NCBI GenBank assembly: GCA_964016885.1
Contig: OZ024743.1
Coordinates: 95,046,001 to 95,110,000, forward strand
Source: Eledone cirrhosa
Lineage: Eukaryota
Length of the DNA stretch: 64,000 bases
Direction: 5' to 3'
Shown here piece after piece: positions 43,801 to 55,943 of the stretch (the stretch's first letter is position 1; every line of letters starts with the position of its first letter). A program made the translations under genes and the position numbers. The notes beneath the pieces are model-generated. The model saw only the letters and a list, made by a program, of their open reading frames with translations. It made no database searches and was not told the DNA's origin.

Positions 43801-44302
43801 CTGGCAGTGCTACCGAGGGGCTCTACCCGTTCGAGAGAGGCTCTACAGACACGGGCGCCCGGGCAGGGATCCCTCAAAAAAGATTTGCCCTAGATGCGTG
43901 CGTCACGAAGAAACCGTGGCGCACGCATTGGTGCAATGTCCGGGCGTGGCTGATCTGTGGGGCTACGCCGAACAACTGCTGTCGCGGGTGGCGCCGATTA
44001 AATTGACCGCCGAGTCCGTGATGACAATCAAACCGCCTCCCCTCTTCACAAAGGAAGCAAAGGCGGTTTTTCTGTGCGTAATAGCCATGTTGAAAGAGGT
44101 TGTTTGGTGGACACGATTGAAAGGTCTGAGGTCAGGCAACTTCCTCTCTGGCCATAGTCTGGTCTACTTCTTCCGATATCACTTCGGAAGAAGGATAAGA
44201 ATGGAGAGAGAGGTGCTTGGCCACAGGCAGTTTTATGAAAGGTGGGTGATAGTGGCGAGAATGGCTCGTGTAAATGGGCCTTCTCTGTATACCATCCTGT
44301 AG
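40865..44302 (+). CDS. LINE ORF2p: apurinic endonuclease, reverse transcriptase and C-terminal CCHC finger, 1145 aa
   Basis: APE motifs LNARGL, CET, GDWN, YLDRF, TDH; GPGYWKLN; RT motifs KSPGLDG, PITLLN, DQSKAFDRV, IRQGCPLS, YADD; CPRC..E...H...C. Confidence 0.95.
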   Translation: MDVLRVGCLNARGLGSTWKQAKLLNDLRSCSINVMVICETRISVMRQLAPTFDDFEVHASLCQPGGGGGVVVLLQKHLGLAVQVVHSDPEDRLLVLDVGSSESAALRLVAVYSPFGAERPDFFQRLETFLGTSRSLLLAGDWNDILDARWDYAGACPNRGGCNSLKGLLDRFNLVDRYRLDFPTVPTWTWRNHSGQARSYLDRFLVRSKDRDILSCPEMRTVGYTDHKLVTCVVNLEKTHRQGPGYWKLNLSLPAKETYRNRISRLVKERLTGAIVNNRWWASLKREIRTESISYSKMLAANRNRNEKELTGKLEEAIKSEDVARVLASRTALNQFFDAKHEGCVIRSKIRALGNEGAKAVGWARVTEAKSGNRSTIRSLQDEDGRVIREPKQMCEAFQNHFARLFGGGEGPGRGVDFGPYLDGLPRLSNKEAESCEGPISADEIGDALSQCSRRKSPGLDGIPYELYLAMPVFFSELLEAVYCNWQQNGRIPCSVAKGVVTLVMKDENKGDSINNFWPITLLNTELKILAKVLAKRLALVVGGLVGDAQTCAIPSRSIHDNLHLMRYIIERVGNKPGFGGALINLDQSKAFDRVDHGYLDAVLAAAGFGPVFRGWITALHSNHICSRIKVNGYLSKPFEITRSIRQGCPLSSLLYVLTLEPLLRKLELLQGIPLEPGLSKAVSAYADDVTVMVSTDSEIEAIGTLLEEYERLSGAKLNREKSIGLQLGTWRGKPMPPDGVVGHWTEGPVKLLGVWFGPDLQVEKNWNEVTNKVFALTQKWAKCKLSLKGRAEVANIYIASVTYYRLTVVPCPKETLTTMERMLFQFLWKKRPPMVRRSICCQQPSKGGLGMPWLMMRRHALRLRHLQVFLTGQPVWAPFVKRAFPRLVSLTELQSWVKQRSGKLGDWHTECAQALRALWQAGRAIGGESTSSFYRGLVASRGDDTLGESLDMEEDELASLFGRTFGPGPMDNFQKSLAWQCYRGALPVRERLYRHGRPGRDPSKKICPRCVRHEETVAHALVQCPGVADLWGYAEQLLSRVAPIKLTAESVMTIKPPPLFTKEAKAVFLCVIAMLKEVVWWTRLKGLRSGNFLSGHSLVYFFRYHFGRRIRMEREVLGHRQFYERWVIVARMARVNGPSLYTIL

Positions 44303-44789
44303 GTAAAGAAGTAAAGGAGAGGGGAGCACCTTCTCCATGTGCTCCCCGGGCAAAGGATTGCACACTTTTTCGGGGGTGTGTGCAACCCCCATCACGCCCC
44401 CTCCCTTTTGAGGTTATTTTCGATTATTTTCATGTTACACCCTTTTTACTCGATTATATGTAAACTCCCCCCTTTGTATTTGTCCCTTCTTTTTATGCCT
44501 TTATGGTAAATAAAGAAATCTATCTATATATCTATATATATATCTATCTATCTATCTATTTATCTCTCTATCAGTCGTGTGTCACTTCGCGGAGAAGTTT
44601 CGTTAATTTATGTAAGGAAAAAACGTGAGTTTTTAGTTCAATTTTATATCATTGTGTAACTTGATCCCCCGTCTGGACCTTCAGGTGGTGGGTCAACTCA
44701 TTTTCGCCCCTTCAGGGGCGGAATATCCATTTAAAAAATTTTTCTCCATCGAATCTTGGAAAAAAATATTGTAAAATTTTGATTACGTT

Positions 44790-46691
44790 ATGAACGCTGC
44801 GTCCAACGATAATGGTGGTAGAGAGGCGGTAAGACTACAAAGCTCGCAGTCAACAACGTCTTCTTCACTAGATACTATAGAGATGGAAAGACAAAATGAA
44901 AATAAAAAAACGAATTCACATCCAAACAACACAAATGACACCAAACAGTTCAATGACAACAAAAATAACAGCAAAACCAATAATGATGATAAAAGCAACA
45001 ATGATAACAACAACAAAGAAAAAAATAAAGACAACGCCAATAACACCAGCATCAAAGACAACAACAACACCAAGGAAAATACGGATGATACCACCATCGG
45101 TGACAACAAGAATAACAACAATAATGACAACACCACCAATACGGATTCCACAAAGAAACCAAAAATCTCCTTTGCGGAGAAAGTTCAAAAGAAAGAACAA
45201 TTGATATATCTCGACATAACAAATGCTGAACACCTTTTAAAGGACGCTAAGAGATATATCACCTTCGAAAAAAATGGTGCTTTCAGCATCAATTCTCCGG
45301 TAGAAATTCGCAAGGAAACTGCTCTCAAAACGATAGTTTTTAGGACAGTTTCCAATTCTACCCGAAAACCAGTCCAATTGTCACAGAAAGATATTGAACT
45401 GGTTTTCAAAGATTCAATGAATGATATTGCATTCATTCAAAGAAGCAAACTTTTTGGGAGTATTTCGGTACTGATGAAGGATCAATTGACGGCCCAAAAT
45501 TACTCTGTGTCGCCAATTGTATCCAACCTGTACACCTTTTTCCCTACATACATGGGAAAAAGGACACAAAAGATCAGAATCACAAGTGTCACACCAAAGG
45601 TGAACATATGGTGGATACTGTGCGGCTTCATCAATTTTGATGAAGACAGAATACTGTCAGTAGGCAAGTCCCCCAGAGATGTATTCAATGGGACTTGCAT
45701 TGAAGTTCTGGTGCAAATGAGCCCAGAGCGAATAGCTATGATCCCACAGCGTGTACTCCTGGACGGACTCACCTACATAAACCTTTCGGTTGAGGGTAGG
45801 CGGCCTTCATGTTACCATTGCTTTAGCAGGGGTCACCTGAGGGCTTCCTGTCCTAAACTAATGAACCCAAAAAAGGCTCTTCTGCCGACACCCATCAAAA
45901 CAACACAACCACCAACACCACCACAACAACAACACCAACACACAAAAATAACCACAACAAACACAGTCCCACCCAACCCCACTCCACCTAAAACCACTGC
46001 AAAATCACATACAGACACAACAGCTCCCCAAGACATACCCCTCCCCAATCACACAGACGATACAACAGATGAGGCTATCTCGCCATCACCCAGTGAAGAC
46101 GAGGGAGAACCCCATCGCTCGAAAAGAAAGAAAAGACATCACAAAAGCAAAAAACCAGCAAACACTACCACAAACATACAACCACCAACACAAACAACAA
46201 AAATATCACAAACAAAACCCCCACCTCCTGAAAACAAAATACCTACAACAAAACGAAAGCACACACAAGAACTACAGACAAAAACAAACACAACACAAGA
46301 AAATTACACTTATACTTACATAAACACTGAAAACAAAACACTAACGGAGACCATCACGAACGACCCTTCGGTTTTCACCGAAGGGAAAACTTTCGCCCAC
46401 TCTATAAAAAATAGCAAAAAACTGAACCTAAAACTGATTAGGGTCCCTATACAAACTTATAGGTCCCTAAAAGAAACATTTGAGAAGGATGTGGGGAATT
46501 CCTGCGTGAAACCACTCAACCGCGTCCTTCTCAAATGCCTCCCCACCCCAGACACCCCCATCCCACCAGACGCCACCCCACCAAACATCTGCGTCCCCAC
46601 CCCGCCGGAAACCACCACCCATCCAGACAACCCCTCCAACACCCCCATGGAAATCGTGCGGCCTGGTCCCCAGGAGGCGAAGGGTGAGTAA
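44790..46691 (+). CDS. LINE ORF1p, 633 aa
   Basis: CYHCFSRGHLRASCP knuckle, N-rich N-terminus, conserved C-terminal block. Confidence 0.88.
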   Translation: MNAASNDNGGREAVRLQSSQSTTSSSLDTIEMERQNENKKTNSHPNNTNDTKQFNDNKNNSKTNNDDKSNNDNNNKEKNKDNANNTSIKDNNNTKENTDDTTIGDNKNNNNNDNTTNTDSTKKPKISFAEKVQKKEQLIYLDITNAEHLLKDAKRYITFEKNGAFSINSPVEIRKETALKTIVFRTVSNSTRKPVQLSQKDIELVFKDSMNDIAFIQRSKLFGSISVLMKDQLTAQNYSVSPIVSNLYTFFPTYMGKRTQKIRITSVTPKVNIWWILCGFINFDEDRILSVGKSPRDVFNGTCIEVLVQMSPERIAMIPQRVLLDGLTYINLSVEGRRPSCYHCFSRGHLRASCPKLMNPKKALLPTPIKTTQPPTPPQQQHQHTKITTTNTVPPNPTPPKTTAKSHTDTTAPQDIPLPNHTDDTTDEAISPSPSEDEGEPHRSKRKKRHHKSKKPANTTTNIQPPTQTTKISQTKPPPPENKIPTTKRKHTQELQTKTNTTQENYTYTYINTENKTLTETITNDPSVFTEGKTFAHSIKNSKKLNLKLIRVPIQTYRSLKETFEKDVGNSCVKPLNRVLLKCLPTPDTPIPPDATPPNICVPTPPETTTHPDNPSNTPMEIVRPGPQEAKGE

Positions 46692-46724
46692 TCTCTTTTC
46701 CTCTTTTAACTTTTCAGCACCAAC

Positions 46725-49700
46725 ATGGCCAATATAAGAGTTGGATGTGTGAACGTACGCGGCCTGGGGGTGCCCTGGAAACAGGGCAAACTCTTAAACG
46801 ACCTCAGGTCGCACAGTTTGGATGTGGTAGCCATTTGCGAGTCCAGGATCCACGGCGAGCGACAGCTGGCCCCCATCTTCGATGACTTTGAGATCTACGC
46901 ATCTCTCTGTCAACCGGGGGGTGGGGGCGGAGTTGCCGTTTTGCTGCGGAAACACATGGGCCTCGTAACAAAGACAGTACATCTGGACCCGGAGGGTCGA
47001 CTGGTGGTCCTAGACGTTGACGGTAGTGAAGGTGGAGCGTTCAGGCTGGTGGCCGCATATGCCCCATCCGGGACACCGCGGCCAGACTTCTTCAAACGTC
47101 TAGAGACTTTTCTGGGAACGTCCCGCTCCTTGCTTTTAGTGGGGGACTGGAATGGAATCGTAGATGCACGTTGGGACTATGTGGGAGCATGTCCCGATAA
47201 AGGGGGGTGTAACAGCCTCAAACAGTTAATCGACCGATCTGACCTGGCCGATATATATCGACTAGATTTTCCGACTGCGCCACTGTGGACGTGGAGTAAT
47301 CGTAGCGGAACATCTAGATCGTACCTAGATAGGGTTCTAGTTAGAAATAAGGCTAGGGACATGTTAAGCTGTCCACAAATGTTCATGGTTGCCTATTCAG
47401 ATCACAAACTTGTGACCTGCATGGCCAACCTTGATAGAACCCATAGACAAGGACCCGGCTACTGGAAGCTGAACTTGTCGTTACCGACAAGCAAAGCCTA
47501 CAGTAGACGGATTAGCACTTTAGTTAAACAGCACTTGACAGGGGCCATTGTCAACAACAGATGGTGGTACTCTCTCAAGAGGGCAGTTAGATTAGACTCG
47601 ATAGCCTTTAGTAAAGAATTAGCGTTAGATAGAAATAGAACCGAGAAGGAACTGGTAGATAAAGTAGAAGAGGCAATTAGAAGTGGCAACGTAGCCAGCG
47701 TGCTAGCAACGAGAACGGCCTTGGACCAGTTCTTCGACGCAAAGCACGAGGGCTGCGTTGTCAGAAGCAAAATACGTGCTCTGGGAAACGAGGGAGCCAA
47801 AGCTGTTAGCTGGGCCCGAGTGACGGAGGCAAAAAGTGGCAACAAGTCCACGATTCGGTCTTTGAAGGACCAAAACGGACGCGTGATACGTGAGCCGAAG
47901 CAGATGTGTGCGGCTTTTCAGCGGCACTTTGCTCGGCTGTTCGGGGGAGCGGCGCGCCGGGAGAGGCTATGGATTTCGGTCCATACCTCGACGGCCTACC
48001 GCGACTCTCGGACAGCGAGGCGAAGTTCTGCGAAAAGCCGATTTCAGCCACTGAGATAGGGGACGCGCTGAGCCAATGCGGCAAACGCAAATCTCCAGGT
48101 CTCGACGGTCTACCCTACGAATATTACGTAGCAATGCCGGACTTATTCTCCGGTCTCCTGGAAGCGGTCTACTGCAACTGGCAACAGAACGGGAGAATTC
48201 CCAGTTCTGTAACCGGGGGTGTGGTCACACTAATCAGGAAGGACGAGAATAAGGGGGATGACATAGGCAACTTCCGGCCCATAACTCTGCTAAACACAGA
48301 GTTACAGATTTTGGCCAAGGTGTTGGCAAAGAGGCTGGCGCTTGTCGTCGAGAACCTGGTGGGAGAAGCGCAGACATGCGCGATCCCGACCAGGTCCATA
48401 CACGACAACCTCCACCTCATGCGATACATCATAGAGAGGGTAGGGTGTAAACCCGGCTTCGGTGGGGCCCTGATCAACTTGGATCAGTCTAAGGCTTTCG
48501 ATAGGGTTGACCATCGTTACCTGGATGCGGTGCTCGAGGCGGCAGGCTTCGGACCCGTGTTCAGGGGCTGGATTGCTGCAATGCACAACAGCAACATCTG
48601 CTCAAGGGTCAAGGTGAACGGTTACCTCTCGGAGCCGTTCCATATTACGCGATCCATTCGACAGGGATGCCCTCTCTCCTCCCTTCTGTACGTACTGACT
48701 CTCGAGCCTTAACAGCGGAAGCTGGAGCTATTGCAGGGCATCCCTCTGGAACCGGGACTGCGGAAAGCGGCGTCGGCCTACGCCTACGACGTGACAGTAA
48801 TGGTGTCGAGCGGCTCGCAAATCGAGGAAGTCGGCACCTTACTGAAGGAATACGAAAGTCTCACAGGAGCGAAGCTGAACCGGGACAAGTCCATCGGTTT
48901 GCAACTCGGATCGTGGAGAGGCAGACCGATGCCTTCCGATGGCGTCGTCGGACGCTGGACAGAAGGACCGGTAAAGCTGCTCGGGGTCTGGTTTGGTCCG
49001 GACGTCCAGGTGGAGAAGAACTGGAACGAAGTGACGGCCAAGGTGTTTGCACTCACCCAGAAGTGGGCCGAGTGCAAACTATCCATGAAAGGTCGAGCGG
49101 AGGTGGCGAACACTTTTATAGCGTCCGCCATCTACTACCGCTTGACCGTCGTGCCTTGTCCAGCCAAAACGCTCGCCAAAATGGAGCGCGCGCTCTTCCG
49201 ATTCCTTTGGAAGAGGCGGGCTCCTTTGGTGAGAAGATCCATCTTCTGCCAACACCCTTCTAACGGAGGGCTGGGGATGCCGTGGTTGACGATGCGCAAA
49301 CACGCGCTCAGGCTGCGGCATCTCTACGTATTCCTCACCGGACAACCGGTGTGGGCCCCGTTCGTGAGGCGAGCCTTCCCACGACTCGTCTCGCTGACCG
49401 AGCTGCAGTCCTGGGTCAAGCAGAGACCGAGGAAAATGGGCGACTGGCACATCGAATGTGCTCAGGCCCTCACAGCCCTCTGGCAGGCGGACTCGGCGAT
49501 CAGTGGAGACTCCACTTAGTCATTCTATAGAGAGTTGGTCCGCAGCAAGTGCGACGACGCGCTCGGTGAAACTCTAGGCGTAGAGGAAGATGAACTGGCC
49601 AGTCTATTCGGTAGGACCTTCCGCCCGGGACCGATGGACAACTTCCAAAAGTCCCTGGCCTGGCAGTGCTACCGAGGAGCTCTACCAGTTCGAGACAAGC

Positions 49701-50161
49701 TCTACAGACATGGGCGCCCGGGCCGGGACCCTGCAAAAAAGATCTGTCCGAGGTGCGTGCGAGACGAAGAAACCGTCGCGCACGCATTCATACACTGCTC
49801 GGGCGACACTGACCTGTGGGGCTATGTGGAACTACTATTGTCGCGGGTGGGACCAATCCAGTTGACCACCGAGTCCATTGTCATGATCAAACCGCCACCC
49901 TCCTTCAAAAACGAAGGAGAGGCGGTTTTCCTTTGTGTGATAGCTATGGCGAAAGAGGTTGTATGGTGGACAAGGTTGAAAGGGCTGAGGTCAGACACCT
50001 TTCTCTCCGGCCAACAACTGATTCTTTTTTTCAAATACCACTTTGGAAGAAGAATCAGGATGGAGAGAGAGGTGCTGTACCCCAGCAAGTTTTATGAAAG
50101 GTGGGTGAAAGTGGCGAGAATGGCCCGAGTGAATGGGCCTTCCCTCTATATCAGCCTGTAG
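46725..50161 (+). pseudogene. Disrupted LINE ORF2 (APE-RT)
   Basis: Frameshift near 47950, in-frame stops at 48710-48712 and 49517-49519, and YADD mutated to YAYD. Confidence 0.9.
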
Positions 50162-50641
50162 GTTGAGGAAAAGGAGGAGGAGAGGAAAGGAGTACAAGCT
50201 CTTCGTACTCCTGGAGATGAGGGTTGCACATTTTTTTTCGGGGGTATGTGTTACCCATATAAACTGTCTCCCTCTATTGGGGAAAATCGACTAACTTTTA
50301 AATTCCATCTGTGATAACATTTTACACGTTTTTATTGTATGTAAACTTCCCACTTTGTATTTGTCCCCTTCTTTTGTGCCCCTGTGGCTAATAAAGAAAT
50401 ATATCTATCTATCTATCAGACGTGTGTAACTTCGCGGAGAAGTTTCCGTTAATTTATGTAAGAAAAAAACTTGATTTTTTAGTTAAATTTTATATCATTG
50501 TGTAACTTGACCCCCCGTCTGAACCTTCAGGTGGTGGGTCAACTCATTTTCGCCCCTACAGGGGCGGAATATTCAATTTAAAATTTTTTTCTCCATCGAA
50601 TCTTGGAAAAAAAAAAAATATGGTAAAATTTTGATTACGTT

Positions 50642-52556
50642 ATGAACGCTGCGTCCAACGATAATGGTGTTGGAGAGGCGGTAAGACTACAAAGCTCACA
50701 GTCAATAACGTCTTCTTCACTAGATACTATAGAGATGGAAAGACAAAATGAAAATGTATAAACGAATTCATATCCAAACAACACAAATTACACCAAACAG
50801 TTCAATGACAACAAAAATAACAGCAACACCAATAATGATGATAAAAGCAACAATGATAACAACAACAAAGAAAAAAATAAAGACAACACCAACAACACCA
50901 GCATCAAAGCCAACAACAACACCAAGGAAAAGACGAATACTATCAACATCGGTGACAACAAGAATAACAACAAGAATAACAACAATAATGACAACACCAC
51001 CAATACGGATTCCACAAAGAAACCAAAATCTCCTTTGCAGAGAAAGTTCAAAAGAAGGAAGAATTGATATATCTCGACATAACAAATGCTGAACAACTTT
51101 TAAAGGACGCTAAGAGATATGTCACTTTCGAAAAAAATGGTGCTTTCAGCATCAATTCTCCGGTAGAAATTCGCAAGGAAACTGCTCTCAAAACGATAGT
51201 TTTTAGGACAGTTTCCAATTCTACCCGAAAACCAGTCCAATTGTCACAGAAAGATATTGAACTGGTTTTCAAAATTTCAATGAATGATATTGCATTCATT
51301 CAAAGAAGCAAACTTTTTGGGAGTATTTCGGTACTCATGACGGATCAATTGACGGCCCAAAATTACTCTATGTCGCCAATTGTATCCAACCTGTACACCT
51401 TTTTCCCTACATACATAGGAAAAAGGACACAAAAGATCAGAATCACGAGTGTCACACCAAAGGTGAACATATGGTAGATACTGTGCGGCTTCATCAATTT
51501 TGATGAAGACAGAATACTGTCAGTAGGCAAGTCCCCCAGAGATGTATTCAATAGGACTAGCATTGAAGTTCTGGTGCAAATGAGCCCAGAGCGAATAGCT
51601 ATGATCCCACAGCGTGTACTCCTGGACGGACTCACCTACATAAACCTTTCGGTTGAGGTAAGCGGCCTTCATGTTACCATTGCTTTAGCAGGGGTCACCT
51701 GAGGGCTTCCTGCCCTAAATTAATGAACCCAAAAAAGGCTCTTCTGCCGACACCCATCAAAACAACACAACCACCAACACCACCACCACAACAACAACAC
51801 CAACACACAAAAATAACCACAACAAACACAGTCCCACCCAACCCCACTCCACCTAAAACCACTGCAAAATCACATACAGACACAACAGCTCCCCAAGACA
51901 TACCCCTCCCCAATCACACAGACGATACAACAGATGAGGCTATCTCGCCATCACCCAGTGAAGACGAGGGAGAACCCCATCGCTCGAAAAGAAAGAAAAG
52001 ACATCACAAAAGCAAAAAACCAGCAAACACTACCACAAACATACAACCACCAACACAAACAACAAAAACATCACAAACCAAACTCCCACCTCCTGAAAAC
52101 AAAATACCTACAACAAAACGAAAGCACACACAAGAACTACAGACAAAAACAAACACAACACAAGAAAATTACACTTACACTTACATAAACACTGAAAACA
52201 AAACACTAACGGAGACTATCACGAACGACACCTCGGTGAAAACCGAAGGGAAAACTTTCGCCCACTCTATTAAAAATAGCAAAAAACTGAACCTAAAACT
52301 GATTAGGGTCCCTATACAAACTTATAGGTCCCTAAAAGAAACATTTGAGAAGGATGTGGGGAATTCCTGCGTGAAACCACTCAACCACGTCCTTCTCAAA
52401 TGCCTCCCCACCCCAGACACCCTCATCCCACCAGACCCCACCCCACCAAACATCTGCGTCCCCACCCCGCCGGAAACCACCACCCATCCAGACAACCCCT
52501 CCAACACCCCCATGGAAATCGTGCGGCCTGGTCCCCAGGAGGCGAAGGGTGAGTGA
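50642..52556 (+). pseudogene. Disrupted LINE ORF1
   Basis: Fragments 51064-51477 and 51723-52556 match copy-2 ORF1; TGG>TAG at about 51475 plus frameshifts. Confidence 0.85.
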
Positions 52557-52589
52557 TCTCTTTTCCTCTTTTAACTTTTCTGCACCAAC

Positions 52590-55459
52590 ATGGCCAATAT
52601 AAGAGTTGGATGTGCGAACGTACGCGGCCTGGGGATGCCCTGGAAATAGGGCAAACTCTTAAACGACCTCAGGTCGCACAGTATGGATGTGGTAGCCATT
52701 TGCGAGTCCTGGATCCACGGCGAGCGACAGCTGGCCCCCATCTTCGATGACTTTGAGATCTACGCATCTCTCTGTCAACCGGGGGTTGGGGGAGGAGTTG
52801 CCGTTTTGCTGCGGAAACACCTGGGCCTCGTAACACAGACGGTACATCTGGACTCGGAGGGTCGACTGGTGGTCCTAGACGTTGACGGTAGTGAAGGTGG
52901 AGCGTTCAGGCTGGTGGCCGCATATGCCCCATCCGGGACACCGCGGCCAGACTTCTTCAAACGTCTAGAGACTTTCCTTGCTTTTAGTGGGGGACTGGAA
53001 TGGAATCCTAGATGCACGTTGGGACTATGTGGGAGCATGTCCCGATAAAGGGGGGGTGTAACAGACTCAAACAGTTAATCGACCGATTTGATCTGGCCGA
53101 TATATATCGACTAGATTTTCCGACTGCGCCACTGTGGACGTGGAGTAATCGTAGCGGAACATCTAGATCGTACCTAGATAGGGTTCTAGTTAGAAATAAG
53201 GCTAGGGACATGTTAAGCTGTCCACAAATGTTCATGGTTGCCTATTCAGATCACAAACTAGTGACCTGCATGGCCAACCTTGATAGAACCCATAGACAAG
53301 GACCCGGCTACTGGACAGCGAGGCAAAGTTCTGTGAAAGGCCGATTTCAACCACTGAGATAGGGGACGCGCTGAGCCAATGCGGCAAACGCAAATCTGCA
53401 GGTCTCGACGGTCTACCCTACGAATTTTACGTAGCAATGCCGGACTTATTCTCCGGTCTCCTGGAAGCGGTTTACTGCAACTGGCAACAGATCGGGAGAA
53501 TTCCCAGTTCTGTAACCTGGGGCGTGGTCACACTAATCAGGAAGGACGAGAATAAGGGGGATGACATAGGCAACTTCCGGCCCATAACTCTGCTAAACAC
53601 AGAGTTACAGATTTTGGCCAAGGTGTTGGCAAAGAGGCTGGCGCTTGTCGTCGAGAACCTGGTGGGAGAAGCACAGACATGCGCAATCCCGACCAGGTCC
53701 ATACACGACAACCTCCACCTCGTGCGATACATCATAGAGAGGGTAGGGTGTAAACCCGGCTTCGGTGGGGCCCTGATCAACTTGGATCAGTCTAAGGCTT
53801 TCGATAGGGTTGACCATCGTTACCTGGATGCGGTGCTCGAGGCGGCAGGCTTCGGACCCGTGTTCAGGGCTGGATTGCTGCAATGCACAACAGCAACATC
53901 TGCTCAAGGGTCAAGGTGAACGGCTACCTCTCGGAGCCGTTCCATATTACGCGATCCATTCGACAGGGATGCCCTCTCTCCTCCCTTCTGTACGTACTGA
54001 CTCTCGAGCCACTACAGCGGAAGCTGGAGCTATTGCAGGGCATCCCTCTGGAACCGGGACTGTGGAAAGCGGCGTCGGCTTACGCCGACGACGTGACAGT
54101 AATGGTGTCGAGCGCCTCGCAAATAGAGGAAGTCAGCACCTTACTGAAGGAATACGAAAGTCTCACAGGAGCGAAGCTGAACCGGAACAAGTCCATCGGT
54201 TTGCAACTCGGATCGGGGAGAGGCAAACCGATGCCTTCCGATGGCGTCGTCGGACGCTGGACGGAAGGACCGGTAAAGCTGCTCGGGGTCTGGTTTGGTC
54301 CGGACGTCCAGGTGGAGAAGAACTGGAACGAAGTGACGGCCAAGGTGTTTGCACTCACCCAGAAGTGGGCCGAGTGCAAACTATCCTTGAAAGGTCGAGC
54401 GGAGGTGGCGAACACTTTTATAGCGTCAATCTACTACCGCTTGACCGTCGTGCCTTGTCCAGCCAAAACGCTCGCCAAAATGGAGCGCGCGCTCTTCCGA
54501 TTCCTTTGGAAGAGGCGGGCTCCTTTGGTGAGAAGATCCATCTGCTGCCAACACCCTTCTAACGGAGGGCTGGGGATGCCGTGGTTGACGATGCGCAAAC
54601 ACGCGCTCAGGCTGCGGCATCTCTACGTATTCCTCACCGGACAACCGGTGTGGGCCCCGTTCGTGAGGCGAGCCTTCCCACGACTCGTCTCGCTGACCGA
54701 GCTGCAGTCCTGGGTCAAGCTAAGACCGAGGAAAATGGGCGACTGGCACATCGAATGTGCTCAGGCGCTCACAGCCCTCTGGCAGGCGGACCCGGCGATC
54801 AGTGGAGACTCCACTTCGTCATTCTATAGAGGGTTGGTCCGCAGCAAGTGCGACGACGCGCTCGATGAAACTCTAGGCGTAGAGGAAGATGAACTGGCCA
54901 GTCTGTTCGGTAGGACCTTCCGCCCGGGATCGATGGACAACTTCCAAAAGTCCCTGGCCTGGCAGTGCAACCGAGGAGCTCTACCAGTTCGAGACCAGCC
55001 CTACAGACATGGGCGCCCGGGCAGGGACCCTGCAAAAAAGATCTGTCCGAGGTGCGTGCGAGACGAAGAAACCGTCGCGCACGCATTTATACACTGCCTG
55101 GGCGTCACTGACCTGTGGGGCTATGTAGAACGACTATTGTCGCGGGTAGGACCAATCCAGTTGACCACCGAGTCCATTGTCATGATCAAACCGCCACCCT
55201 CCTTCAAAAACGAAGGAGAGGCGGTTTTCCTTTGTGTGATAGCTATGGCGAAAGAGGTTTATGGTGGACAAGGTTGAAAGGGCTGAGGTCAGACACCTTT
55301 CTCTCCGGCCAACAACTGATTCTTTTTTTCAAATACCACTTTGGAAGAAGAATCAGGATGGAGAGAGAGGTGCTGTACCCCAGCAAGTTTTATGAAAGGT
55401 GGGTGAAAGTGGCAAGAATGGCCCGAGTGAATGGGCCTTGTCTCTATATCAGCCTGTAG
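52590..55459 (+). pseudogene. Disrupted LINE ORF2
   Basis: Fragments 52683-53048, 53012-53362, 53437-53919, 53883-55277 (YADD intact) and 55115-55459. Confidence 0.88.
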
Positions 55460-55698
55460 GTTGAGGAAAAGGAGGAGGAGAGGAAAGGAGTACAAACTCT
55501 TCGTACTCCTGGAGATGAGGGTTGCACATTTTTTTTTCGGGGGTATGTGTTACCCATATAAACTGTCTCCCTCTTTTGGGGAAAATCGACTAACTTTTTA
55601 AATTCAATTTGTGATAACATTTTACACGTTTTTATTGTATGTAAACTTCCCCCTTTGTATTTGTCCCCTTCTTTTGTGCCCCTGTGGCTAATAAAGAA

Positions 55699-55743
<45 letters not shown>

Positions 55744-55943
55744 GATAGAGTGAGACACGCTTTACATCGGCTCCGCTATTCCAACGGAATTTACCCTTAC
55801 TATAGTAAGTACCAGTGAATCTTTTCAGTGCAACACATTTGGAACACTTACCCCTGTTATTTAGGGAAACATTTTTACATTTACACCCTTTTTAGGGGGT
55901 AAAATAAATATCTATTTTGCTGTAAAATTTCTTTCTTGGCAGC

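Larger units (their letters stand above)
38746..44519 (+). mobile_element. Tx1/L1-clade LINE, copy 1 (full length, both ORFs open)
   Basis: 5' UTR, ORF1, ORF2 (APE-RT-CCHC) and a 3' UTR ending AATAAAGAAAT into (ATCT)n. The 5' boundary may extend to 38721. Confidence 0.92.
44571..50400 (+). mobile_element. Tx1/L1-clade LINE, copy 2 (ORF1 open, ORF2 disrupted)
   Basis: Begins TCAGTC after ATCT repeats and ends AATAAAGAAAT. Confidence 0.92.
50416..55700 (+). mobile_element. Tx1/L1-clade LINE, copy 3 (same subfamily as copy 2, decayed)
   Basis: Nearly identical to copy 2, but with frameshifts and stops in both ORFs and an internal deletion at about 53315. Confidence 0.92.

Noticed and set aside
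46684-46719. Tiny intron between ORF1 and ORF2 of copy 2 (gtgagt...ttttcag)
   Set aside because: Only about 35 nt long, and the AG is absent in sister copy 3 (ttttctg). The conserved acceptor is at the ORF2 stop codon instead.
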